Below are positions 20,160 to 28,702 of a stretch of DNA of 64,000 nt, piece by piece (position 1 is the stretch's first letter; each line of letters opens with the position of its first letter). Under the pieces are notes generated by a model. The model had not been told where the DNA came from. It ran no database searches and saw only the letters and a program-made list of their open reading frames with translations. A program made the translations under genes and the position numbers. The DNA is taken from positions 6,586-70,585 of the forward strand of contig CAYNGY010000001.1 in the NCBI GenBank assembly GCA_964397195.1, given 5' to 3'. Origin of the DNA: an uncultured Gammaproteobacteria bacterium. GTDB taxonomy: Bacteria; Patescibacteriota; Patescibacteriia; SBBC01; CAIJZX01.

Positions 20160-21371
20160 ATGACGAATCCTGCACCAGTGGTGACGTCTGAAATGGATCG
20201 ACTCCTCGCCGATCAAAGTGCCCCGGCTGTGCCGAAAGTGGGCGATATTGTCGATGGAACAGTATTATCCGTTTCAAAAAACGAAGTTCTCCTCGATCTC
20301 GGTGGCACCCATACCGGGCTTGTTCGTGGCCGTGAACTCCTCGATGAATCCGGCGAATATACTAATTTGAAAATCAGCGACCTAGCCGCCGCTACCGTTT
20401 TAGAGCTGGAAAACGAACGCGGGCTAATGGAACTCTCGTTCCGCTCGGCCGGTCACCAAAAAGCCTGGGAAGAGCTGACCCGTCTCTATCAAACCGGCGA
20501 AGTCATCGATGTCGTTATTACCGATGCGAACCGCGGTGGTTTGATGGCCAAAGTCGGCCGGATCGATGGTTTCTTACCAGTCTCGCAACTGACCCCGGAG
20601 CACTATCCTCGCGTTGAGGGTGGCGACAAATCACGAATTCTTGAACTGTTGCAGAAATTCACCGGTCAGACCTTCCGCGTCAAGGTGATTGATGTCAACG
20701 AAGTTGAAAGTAAATTAATTGTCTCAGAGAAATCGGCGTGGGCAAAAGAACAGGCCTCGCTCGTCTCTGGGTTCAAGGTTGGCGACGTGATTGAGGGAAA
20801 AGTAACCGGAGTGGTGGATTTCGGCGCTTTCGTCGAATTTGGTCCGCACCTCGAAGGACTTATTCACATTTCCGAATTGGCTTGGCAGCGCGTTGATAAC
20901 CTACGCGACATGGTCAAAGTTGGTGAAATGATCAAAGCCATGATCATTGGCATCGAGGGTACCAAGATTTCCCTGTCATTAAAGCGACTGTCCGACGATC
21001 CGTGGATTAAAGCGGTTGAGCGCTACACCGTTGGCCAGGTGGTCACGGGCAAAGTTCTCAAGTTGAATCCATTCGGCGCCTTCGTCGAGTTGGACACCGA
21101 GATTCATGGTCTCGCCCATATCTCCGAACTATCCTCGAAGCCGATTAAGTCGGCGGCCGAGGTTTTGAAGGACGGCGAGACGCGTTCATTCAAGATTATC
21201 TCGATTGACCCGGCGCAGCACCGACTCGGTCTGTCGATCAAACAGCTCGAGGATGGCGCGCCAGCTACGGCTGAGGGCGAACGGATCTCTGACCCGGCGC
21301 TCGCGGGTATTAGCCTCGATGAAGAAGAGGCTGGTGCAGCCGCGCCAACCGAACCAGTGGTCAAGGAATAA
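20160..21371 (+). CDS. rpsA: 30S ribosomal protein S1 (4 S1 domains)
   Basis: repeated G.V..G.V....FGAFVE....GL.HISEL S1 motifs. Confidence 0.95.
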   Translation: MTNPAPVVTSEMDRLLADQSAPAVPKVGDIVDGTVLSVSKNEVLLDLGGTHTGLVRGRELLDESGEYTNLKISDLAAATVLELENERGLMELSFRSAGHQKAWEELTRLYQTGEVIDVVITDANRGGLMAKVGRIDGFLPVSQLTPEHYPRVEGGDKSRILELLQKFTGQTFRVKVIDVNEVESKLIVSEKSAWAKEQASLVSGFKVGDVIEGKVTGVVDFGAFVEFGPHLEGLIHISELAWQRVDNLRDMVKVGEMIKAMIIGIEGTKISLSLKRLSDDPWIKAVERYTVGQVVTGKVLKLNPFGAFVELDTEIHGLAHISELSSKPIKSAAEVLKDGETRSFKIISIDPAQHRLGLSIKQLEDGAPATAEGERISDPALAGISLDEEEAGAAAPTEPVVKE

Positions 21372-21382
21372 CCCGATCGTCC

Positions 21383-23746
21383 ATGATCAACATCCACGCT
21401 CTACGACTCCGTCGTGGGGCGTGGTTTGTGTTCCCGGTTATCATCCTGATTGCGCTTGGTGCGCCGTGGGTTCGTGGTCGGGTGCTCGTACCGGCCGATA
21501 TTCTCGGCACGATTGATACGACGCATCTTGAGCGACCAATGGCCAATCCGCTGTTATCGGATGTGGTGACGCAGTTTTATCCATGGCAACAATTTCTTTT
21601 TGATCGCCTTGAAGCCGGTGAATGGCCGCTGTGGAACCCATACATCCTCGCCGGCACGCCGTTCATGGCCAATGATCAGTCGGCGATCTTCGACCCGATC
21701 CGACTTTTCACCTATGTCATGGGCATCTCCGCCGCGAATGGGATGTGGGTGATTGCGGCTATCCGACTTCTACTGATAGGTCTATTCACGTGGCTCTGGA
21801 TTCGCGGCCGCGGGGTGAGTTCAGGTGTGGCGCTCACGGCGGGAGCGGTAGCCATGACGGCCAGCTCGAGCGTAGCCTGGGTGGCGTACCCGTTGTTCGC
21901 CGCGGTTGTCTGGCTCCCGTTGATGCTCTACGCCGTCGAACGGGTTGGTCAAAACCCGCGGCGCGCATGGACCGTGCTGACCGTCGCCATCGCCGCCCAG
22001 AGTATCAGCGGGAATATTCAAATATCAGCTTTTTCCTTGGCGGTTATCTTAGCCTGGACACTTGTCCAACAGGTGAAGAGTCGGAAGGGGCAACTAACGC
22101 TGGTGATGACGAGTATCCTTATCGGAGTGGCGATAGCCGCTATCCAACTTCTGCCGACGGCCAGCTTTATTCAGCAAAGTGTCCAACATGACACCGGGCG
22201 TCATGGCTACGCCTCGACCTCAATTTGGCAGGCGATCCGTGGCGGAAAATGGTTCGGATGGAAGTCTGTTGGCGATGCCCAACAAAACGTCGCCACACTT
22301 CTTCCGGTGGTTGTTCCTAACGCTTTCGGCAACCCGGCCCACGGTGCGTATCGTTTCATCGGGAACAACCTGAGTAATAACGCCAACGAACTGGCTGGAT
22401 CGATTGGAATTGTTGGCCTCTTGTTTGCGGTCATTGGTGCGTGGGTGTTTCGACGTGAGCGGGCCGTTCGGGCTATTCTTGCCGGACTCACGGTGAGCAT
22501 CGGGATGATTATCCATGCGCCCATTTTTGAATTACTGAACTATCTCCCTTTTATTAATCAGACGAATACCGGTCGCCTACGCTTTGTAGTGGTCTTTGGC
22601 CTGATCGCGCTCGCCGCCTATGGATACCGCGCGTGGCAGGAGAAAAAAATTTCGCGTCGCGTTTGGACGAGCCTGGCGGTCGCCCTCTGGGCCATATCGA
22701 TCGCCGTTCTCTGGTTTGCTCCGCGCACGCCATGGCGAATCGTCGACTTGATCACTGTGACCGTCGCGCTCGGTGGAGCCATTGGTCTCCAATTCTGGCG
22801 AATCAATCAGCGCTGGTCAGAAAGTATTATTGGTGTCTTGGTCATTTTCCCATTACTCATCACTATGTGGGGCTACAACAGCTCGTCACCACGCGCCGAA
22901 TTGGTCATTGATCAAAAAGTACTGACAACCTTACAGACGACACTCGGCCACAGCTATCGTCTCGCGGCCATCAGTCATCAGCAGAGTGTTCCGGTTGTCC
23001 CGAATACCGGCATGCGCAACGAGCTGTACGATGTTCGCGGGTATGAGGTAGTCCGCTTGTCATCGTTTGACCTCATTGCTCGCGATGTTTTTGCCGAGCC
23101 GAAATCAAATCTCCGCACCATTAGCGGGTATTCGGCCGCGCTCGATCTTCTCGCGGTCAAGGTTGTACTCGTTCCAACCGACGATCTAGCGTGGGTAGCC
23201 GATGATTTTATTGAACATGGATGGGTCCTGAGCGAACTGACCGAACAAGTGACAATGTTTACCAATCCAAATGTTCGCTCACGCGCCTATGTTGCCGGCA
23301 CCGTGAAAACGGTCTCCCCGGAAGCGCCGGCAGCCTCGACCCTACAATCAGCGCTCGGCGATCTTGGTACGACCTATATTGCGACGTCTGCGACCGCGAT
23401 CCCAACCCGCCGTCTCATCGCTGATGCGGTGGTGGCGGAAGAAACGGCAAATACCGTGACCATCACCACCTCAATGCCGGCCGATGGGTACCTCGTTTTA
23501 GCGGACACGTATGCGCCCGGTTGGCGGGCATTCGTTGATGGTCAACCAAGCGACGTGTTGAAGGCGAACGGATGGTCACGCGCGGTTGCCGTTCCGGCCG
23601 GTACACACGAAGTTCGATTTGTGTACAAACCAACCGCCGTGATTGTCGGCCTCTGGATGTCACTGCTCGGACTTGTTATAGGCTTTGTAGTCTGGCTGGG
23701 CTGGTCTCGCATGAAGTATCCCCTGTCACCGCGCGAGCCCAATTGA
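21383..23746 (+). CDS. YfhO-family membrane protein (GT-C-like glycosyltransferase)
   Basis: D...QFYP, PLWNPY..AG.PF.A, QLLP, C-terminal L.DTY.PGWRA.VDG...V.AG.H.V.F.Y.P. Confidence 0.85.
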   Translation: MINIHALRLRRGAWFVFPVIILIALGAPWVRGRVLVPADILGTIDTTHLERPMANPLLSDVVTQFYPWQQFLFDRLEAGEWPLWNPYILAGTPFMANDQSAIFDPIRLFTYVMGISAANGMWVIAAIRLLLIGLFTWLWIRGRGVSSGVALTAGAVAMTASSSVAWVAYPLFAAVVWLPLMLYAVERVGQNPRRAWTVLTVAIAAQSISGNIQISAFSLAVILAWTLVQQVKSRKGQLTLVMTSILIGVAIAAIQLLPTASFIQQSVQHDTGRHGYASTSIWQAIRGGKWFGWKSVGDAQQNVATLLPVVVPNAFGNPAHGAYRFIGNNLSNNANELAGSIGIVGLLFAVIGAWVFRRERAVRAILAGLTVSIGMIIHAPIFELLNYLPFINQTNTGRLRFVVVFGLIALAAYGYRAWQEKKISRRVWTSLAVALWAISIAVLWFAPRTPWRIVDLITVTVALGGAIGLQFWRINQRWSESIIGVLVIFPLLITMWGYNSSSPRAELVIDQKVLTTLQTTLGHSYRLAAISHQQSVPVVPNTGMRNELYDVRGYEVVRLSSFDLIARDVFAEPKSNLRTISGYSAALDLLAVKVVLVPTDDLAWVADDFIEHGWVLSELTEQVTMFTNPNVRSRAYVAGTVKTVSPEAPAASTLQSALGDLGTTYIATSATAIPTRRLIADAVVAEETANTVTITTSMPADGYLVLADTYAPGWRAFVDGQPSDVLKANGWSRAVAVPAGTHEVRFVYKPTAVIVGLWMSLLGLVIGFVVWLGWSRMKYPLSPREPN

Positions 23747-23778
23747 TTTTCCGGTCCGGCGTGCTACACTAGCCGCCT

Positions 23779-24444
23779 ATGGCCATCATTGAACTCACGG
23801 ATATCATTAAGTCATTCCCCGTCGGCGATGGCCAATTTCAGGCGCTCAAGAACGTCAGCCTCAACGTCAACGCCGGTGAATTTGTGGCTATCATGGGTCC
23901 CTCTGGTTCGGGAAAATCAACGCTCATGAACATTATCGGACTCCTCGACCGTCCGACCGCCGGGTCCTATCAGCTAGATGGCCAGTCGGTATCGCTGACT
24001 ATGTCCGACCGAGCTCAAGCCACTCTGCGCAGTCAATTCATCGGGTTTATTTTTCAAAACTTTAACCTGCTCGCGAATCTCTCAGTAGTTGATAATGTCG
24101 CGTTGCCGGCCGCCTATCTCGCTAAATCACAAAAACCGCGCGAGAAGGCGAAGAAATTATTAGAACGTGTTGGCCTCGGTGAGCGAATCCAATATCAGCC
24201 GAGCAAGCTTTCTGGTGGAGAGCGTCAGCGGGTGGCCATCGCACGTGCCCTGATGAACGATCCGAAAGTCATTTTGGCTGATGAACCGACCGGGAACCTT
24301 GATTCGAAATCTGGTGAGGATGTGATGAACATTCTCCTCGACCTGAACAAGTCCGGAACGACACTCCTCATGGTGACGCACAATGAAGAGCTGGCCAAGC
24401 TCGCCAACCGAACAATTCGGCTTAAGGACGGAGAAATTCTATGA
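23779..24444 (+). CDS. ABC transporter ATP-binding protein (MacB/LolD type)
   Basis: GPSGSGKST, LSGGERQRVAIARAL, ADEPTGNLD. Confidence 0.95.
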   Translation: MAIIELTDIIKSFPVGDGQFQALKNVSLNVNAGEFVAIMGPSGSGKSTLMNIIGLLDRPTAGSYQLDGQSVSLTMSDRAQATLRSQFIGFIFQNFNLLANLSVVDNVALPAAYLAKSQKPREKAKKLLERVGLGERIQYQPSKLSGGERQRVAIARALMNDPKVILADEPTGNLDSKSGEDVMNILLDLNKSGTTLLMVTHNEELAKLANRTIRLKDGEIL

Positions 24445-25664
24445 TGCTGCAAGCCGCCCAAAACGCCTTTCGATCAATCTGGACGAAAAAAACCCGCTCG
24501 TTCCTGACCATGCTCGGCGTCATCATCGGCGTTGCCCAGATTATCGCTCTCATCGGATTAGGTCAGGGTGTCAAACAATCCGTGTCGGATGAAGTCACAC
24601 AGTTAGGAACGAATGTGCTGTTTGTCTTGCCCGGAAAGCTACAGGACGCCAATGGAGGTTTTAATCCTAGTGCGTCAGTTGGTGCCTCGACGCTCACCGA
24701 AGATGACTTGGCGCTCTTAAAAACGCGCCCGGAAATTACGACCATTACGCCAATCGCCTTATTGGCCGGTACACCCGCGGTTGGTGAAACGGCGGCGCTA
24801 GGAACGATGACGGTCGCGGTTGAGCCCGATTACTTTGCGGTCATGACCACGGCCGAGTTAGTCGCCGGGCGTCTCTTCACCGCCGCGGAAAATACCGCTA
24901 AGGATCGAGTCATCCTGCTCGGAAAACAACCGAAGACGGCATTGTTCCCAACGTCCACGAATGCCGAGGTTATCGGTAAAACGGTCACCATCGGCAAGGT
25001 GGCATTTACCGTTATCGGCGTGCTCGAAACGCCGCAATCAACGTCAGCCTTCGGTGGCAATTCTTTCGACAACATGGTCTTTATGCCGTACCTGACCGGG
25101 AAAGATGTAAATGAGAATACGCAAATCTTCCGGATGGTCATGAAGATAGATCCGAGTCTGAATGCGAAAGATGAGGCGAATACCATCACGGCACTGTTGA
25201 AAGCGCAACATGGGGCCGACGACTTTACGGTTTTTACTCAAGACGATCTGCTCAGCGTTGTCGACGATATTCTCGGATTAATTACCACCGCGATTGTCGG
25301 CCTCGCCTCGATCTCCCTGATCGTCGGCGGGATCGGAATTATGAACATCATGCTCGTGGCCGTCTCCGAGCGAACGAAAGAAATTGGCCTTCGGAAAGCC
25401 CTCGGCGCAACGCGGGCAAACATCCTCCTCCAATTTATTACTGAGTCGGCGTTCATTTCCTTGATTGGTGGGGCAATTGGTGTTGGTATTGTGGCGGCGA
25501 TCGGACCGATTGTTGAAGCGAAATCAGGACTTCCAATCGTCATCAACCTCCAGTCAGTGCTGATGGCCACGAGCTTCTCACTCGGCGTCGGTGTCCTGTT
25601 CGGACTTCTACCGGCCATCCGCGCCGCCCGTAAAGATCCGATCGAGGCGCTGCGCTACGAATAA
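24441..25664 (+). CDS. ABC transporter permease (MacB/FtsX type)
   Basis: RSFLTMLGVIIG, GGIGIMNIMLV.V.ERTKEIGLRKALGA, PA.RAA..DPIEALRYE. Confidence 0.95.
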   Translation: MMLQAAQNAFRSIWTKKTRSFLTMLGVIIGVAQIIALIGLGQGVKQSVSDEVTQLGTNVLFVLPGKLQDANGGFNPSASVGASTLTEDDLALLKTRPEITTITPIALLAGTPAVGETAALGTMTVAVEPDYFAVMTTAELVAGRLFTAAENTAKDRVILLGKQPKTALFPTSTNAEVIGKTVTIGKVAFTVIGVLETPQSTSAFGGNSFDNMVFMPYLTGKDVNENTQIFRMVMKIDPSLNAKDEANTITALLKAQHGADDFTVFTQDDLLSVVDDILGLITTAIVGLASISLIVGGIGIMNIMLVAVSERTKEIGLRKALGATRANILLQFITESAFISLIGGAIGVGIVAAIGPIVEAKSGLPIVINLQSVLMATSFSLGVGVLFGLLPAIRAARKDPIEALRYE

Positions 25665-25670
25665 TCAACA

Positions 25671-25724
25671 ATAAAATTCACCCCAACGGTTTCCCGTCGG
25701 GGTGGGTAGTGTCGTTGCGACACT
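25671..25724 (-). terminator. double-hairpin terminator after RT gene
   Basis: minus strand AGTGTCG-CAA-CGACACT then CACCCCGACGG-GAAA-CCGTTGGGGTG then AATTTTATT. Confidence 0.7.
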
Positions 25725-25726
25725 GG

Positions 25727-26749
25727 CTAGCGCCGCTGGACGTGGGTGCGGTAGCTCGCATAGAGCTCGAGGAGCTTCTTTTCCGTAGCATTCTGGCCGA
25801 CATGACCGACTCCATGGATATAGGGCAGTGTTCCGAGGAACACGCCCATCTTGCCATGGACGACTTCCGGGCGAATGTTCGGGTCGCGCTGTGCGGCATG
25901 CAGCAGTCCGCGCAGTTTCCGAACGTACCAACGTGGTAGGAAGACGCGGCCGTGACGATCGAGGGAGATGCCGTTGATCGTAATCGGTCCGCGGTAGAGG
26001 TCGACGACCTGCGCCTTGCGGTGACTGATCTGGAACCCCGCCGTGGCGATGGTCGCGCGTATCTCGCGCCGGACTTGGTCCGTAATTCGTGCATGTCTCG
26101 AGGAGAACGTCAGGTCGTCGAGGTAGCGCGTGTACGTCAGCTCATGCTGCGTGCAGATCGTCGCCAGCTGGCGATCGAGGACCGTGGCCGCGTAGATGTT
26201 GAACAGGTCGGGCGACGACGGACTTCCCTGGACGAGCCCACGTGATCCGCGCCGGATCGGTGTGGGCGGCGCGATGGCCAGCGTTTGCTGTCGCGCGTGG
26301 CCGATCCGATAGCTCGAACCGGACACGAAGCAGTACTTCTTGAGAAACGCGTGCACGGTCTCGACGGTATCCGGTTTCGGATCGAGGCCACACAGCACGA
26401 AGGCCAAGAGTTCGTCGTCGACGTGTCCATAGGCATCGACGATGTCGAGTAGGTAGAAGTGGCGGTTGGCAAGGTAGATACCGCGCCCCTTCTGTCGCGC
26501 CGGGTACCGATGCCGCCGGACGTTATTGAGCGGCGAGCCATTCGGCCGCGCGCCAACCGCATGCGGCATCTCGACCGGCAGGGCGCGCAGTGCGCGGACA
26601 AACCGCTGGTGCAGTAGCAACATGGCCGGGTTCGGCGCCCCAATCTGGCGGTACTTCGTCGTTCCCGTCAGCGGGTTCGTGTCACGGTACCGGAAGCGCT
26701 GAAACAACGGCACTCCCGGCAGGTCGGCTAGGAATTGGTCAAAGTGCAT
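25727..26749 (-). CDS. retron-like reverse transcriptase (340 aa)
   Basis: GGAGG SD before ATG 26749; R.I.AP, NVRRH (NAxxH-like), LLDIVDAY, LVQGSPSSPDLFN, YTRYLDDLTFS, GF.I...K, ITINGI (VTG-like). Confidence 0.9.
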   Translation of the reverse strand: MHFDQFLADLPGVPLFQRFRYRDTNPLTGTTKYRQIGAPNPAMLLLHQRFVRALRALPVEMPHAVGARPNGSPLNNVRRHRYPARQKGRGIYLANRHFYLLDIVDAYGHVDDELLAFVLCGLDPKPDTVETVHAFLKKYCFVSGSSYRIGHARQQTLAIAPPTPIRRGSRGLVQGSPSSPDLFNIYAATVLDRQLATICTQHELTYTRYLDDLTFSSRHARITDQVRREIRATIATAGFQISHRKAQVVDLYRGPITINGISLDRHGRVFLPRWYVRKLRGLLHAAQRDPNIRPEVVHGKMGVFLGTLPYIHGVGHVGQNATEKKLLELYASYRTHVQRR

Positions 26750-26799
26750 GACGGTTCCTCCGATGTCAGGAGTTACGGGGTCGGGGAAACAGCGCCCCC

Positions 26800-26827
26800 A
26801 CCCTAGCAGAATGGAGAGAAAGCGCAA
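26800..26827 (-). promoter_or_regulatory. putative RT promoter
   Basis: TTGCGC-16 bp-TAGGGT with TG extended -10, directly downstream of ncRNA A terminator. Confidence 0.5.
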
Positions 26828-26831
26828 ATCA

Positions 26832-27231
26832 TAAAAAAGACCCCAGATGTGATCCAGGGTTGCCCGTGATGGGCGGTACGAAGGTGCGGCAATCTCTGTC
26901 AGCGCTAGCCTGGGGGCGATCGCCTGAACAGACGCCAATGTTTCCGCTGAGGTTCGCGACGACCACCACGAGTCGTGTGGATACGACCGCAGGGAGGCGA
27001 ACCGGATCTAAACAGACCCAGATCAAGGAGTCGCCAGTTTGTAACGGGCAACGTCCTGCCCCGCAACGTGTGTCACGGGGGTTGTGTTCCATGGGTGGTG
27101 CTACATGCCTCATCGGACGTCTTGCCGATGTGCAGGATCACTCCCCCAGGCCTCTCCTTGTGGGCGCACCTCAAGAGGTAAAACACTCGATCAGAGCGTG
27201 ACAAGGAGCGCGAGGCCCAGCGACGGACCAC
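26832..27231 (-). ncRNA. RT-associated candidate ncRNA A (~400 nt)
   Basis: promoter TTGACG(27266-61)-17-TACATT(27243-38); 3' double hairpin + U6; terminal pairings TGAGGT/ACCTCA, TGTTT/AAACA; internal hairpins. Confidence 0.65.
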
Positions 27232-27327
27232 GCCAGCAATGTATAGCCTTGCTCGGCCCTCGTCAATTCGGCGACCTGTGGGAAAAAAAGACCCCGGATG
27301 TGATCCAGGGGTGCCCGTGATGGGCGG
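26833..27327. repeat. 44 bp direct repeat pair (26833-26876 and 27284-27327)
   Basis: AAAAAAGACCCC(A/G)GATGTGATCCAGGG(T/G)TGCCCGTGATGGGCGG, 2 mismatches. Confidence 0.95.
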
Positions 27328-27807
27328 GTGCAAATGTGGTGGCCGCTGAAGTCAGCGGCGACATCCGGGGGTGTCCGCTCGGGAGACGACAGGCCGGTAC
27401 CGCTGAGGTCTGGCTGCGAATGTTGAGAAACGAGAACCAGGCGAATACCTGCGCGATCGGAGAAACCGACCAGGCCGGTACGCGCTCGCACCCACCAGGA
27501 ATCCCGTGCCGGAATCGAACACGCGAACGGACTCGCGTGTGACAACGGGCCCAGGACGGGCGTGGCTCGCGAATGCTCAACCGGATGCGACGCGCACACG
27601 AACTGCCGAAAAAATGCGCGTGCAGCCCCGACCGAGGAGAGGCCGGTCAGCAAACGAGACCGAAATGGGGTGGCTAGTACTGTCACCAACCCCGCATCAA
27701 CGACGTGCGTCATTGATGGTGTACTGCCCTCAGTGGTGCTTGAAGGTGCCCGAGTAACGTTCCCCCGGATATACCGCCCGATGCAGGCGCGGTGTCGCCA
27801 TGGGCCT
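27283..27807 (-). ncRNA. RT-associated candidate ncRNA B (~525 nt)
   Basis: promoter TTGACA(27842-37)-17-TAGAGT(27819-14); 3' end 42/44 nt identical to unit A; nested stems GGCGACA/TGTCGCC, ATCCGGGGG/CCCCCGGAT, CTCGGG/CCCGAG, CTGAGG/CCTCAG. Confidence 0.72.
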
Positions 27808-27863
27808 ATCGGCACTCTATCGGTTGCCCTCTGGCGTGTCAAACAAGATAGGAGTGGGCAACC

Positions 27864-28149
27864 AAAAACAAAAAGACTCCCCGGCGGCGGTCCGTCGGGG
27901 GTACAAATGTGGCGCTCAGCAGCGTTGCGGGTCCAGAGACGACGGCGGGGTACTTCAGCCCACCTCCTGAGGACTCGACGTACGAAAGAGAAAGGACGAC
28001 GAGCCCGAGATGGAATGGCTGTGACCAGCCACTCCGACGCGACAACGTGAGTTGTCGGCGTTGGGTGTTGCCTGTGCAGATCCTCAGCGGCTCCGGTGTC
28101 TTTCCCTGGACCCTCCCGCTCATCTGAGCGGTGCAACGCCGATTGGGCT
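27864..28149 (-). ncRNA. RT-associated candidate ncRNA C (~285 nt)
   Basis: promoter TTGACA(28184-79)-17-TAGACT(28161-56); nested stems GCGTTGC/GCAACGC, GGGTCCAGGGA/TCTCTGGACCC, CTGAGGA/TCCTCAG; CCACATTTGTACCC motif then hairpin + U-tract. Confidence 0.72.
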
Positions 28150-28181
28150 ACCCCGAGTCTACGGTCTCCTTCGGCGAGTGT

Positions 28182-28211
28182 CAAAAACACCCCGGATGGT
28201 CCGGGGTGTTT
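28182..28211 (-). terminator. intrinsic terminator of csoR...vkor operon
   Basis: AAACACCCCGGA-N3-TCCGGGGTGTTT perfect hairpin with flanking A/T tracts. Confidence 0.85.
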
Positions 28212-28223
28212 CGTGAAGCGAGC

Positions 28224-28691
28224 TTAGACCGTCGGTGTTGAGGCCATCGGTGGCATGACCGCCGGTGTTTTTTTCCGCCACGTTTGAAACGTCGGGATCC
28301 ATGCGGCAATATAGAAGATCAGTCCATAAACGCAGGCCGGCATCGTTCCAGCGGCCAGTGCTTTCAAGACCACGATTTCATAGAACGCCAAGAACCCGGA
28401 GAACAAGACGCCGATGGTCGTGACGATAAGCGTCGCGAGGACGATGCGCTTCGCCTCGGTCTTGACCCAGGCGATCATGACGAGGATCATGGTCAACAGG
28501 AACATGAAAAAACCATAGATGCAGGTCGGTTGGCCGATGATGAGCACCTTTGTATTTCCAACGCCGCAAGACAAGAAAGCCTTCTTACAGCCTTCACCGA
28601 AATAATTCTGATAGCTCAGGTAGCCGGACATGAGGGTGCCGAGCATGGCGCTGACGAGGACCACGCGTTTGGCGGCGGACGAGAAGTTCAT
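28224..28691 (-). CDS. vitamin K epoxide reductase (VKOR)-like membrane oxidoreductase
   Basis: SGYLS, periplasmic Cys pair, G.P...YG, TM helices, PAC motif; clustered with dsbA. Confidence 0.7.
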   Translation of the reverse strand: MNFSSAAKRVVLVSAMLGTLMSGYLSYQNYFGEGCKKAFLSCGVGNTKVLIIGQPTCIYGFFMFLLTMILVMIAWVKTEAKRIVLATLIVTTIGVLFSGFLAFYEIVVLKALAAGTMPACVYGLIFYIAAWIPTFQTWRKKTPAVMPPMASTPTV

Positions 28692-28702
28692 ACGGGTAAC
28701 GG

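Noticed and set aside
25727-26749. Group II intron RT/maturase
   Set aside because: The protein is short, with no recognisable maturase/endonuclease region, and no domain V/VI motif follows the stop; motifs are closer to retron RTs.
26750-26938. N-terminal 63 aa extension of the RT ORF in the ORF track
   Set aside because: It runs through the ncRNA A terminator and the putative RT promoter; a GGAGG SD supports ATG 26749.
26832-28149. CRISPR array or DGR template/variable repeat interpretation of the repeats near the RT
   Set aside because: Units are 450-580 bp apart, with only one 44 bp near-identical pair that forms terminators; no cas or avd-like gene, and no repeat copy inside a target CDS.
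27171-28190. 339 aa minus-strand ORF (and 113/162 aa plus-strand ORFs) upstream of the RT as a possible effector
   Set aside because: Arg/Pro/Ser-rich composition, no SD, crosses two terminators and internal promoters; typical of GC-rich shadow ORFs.
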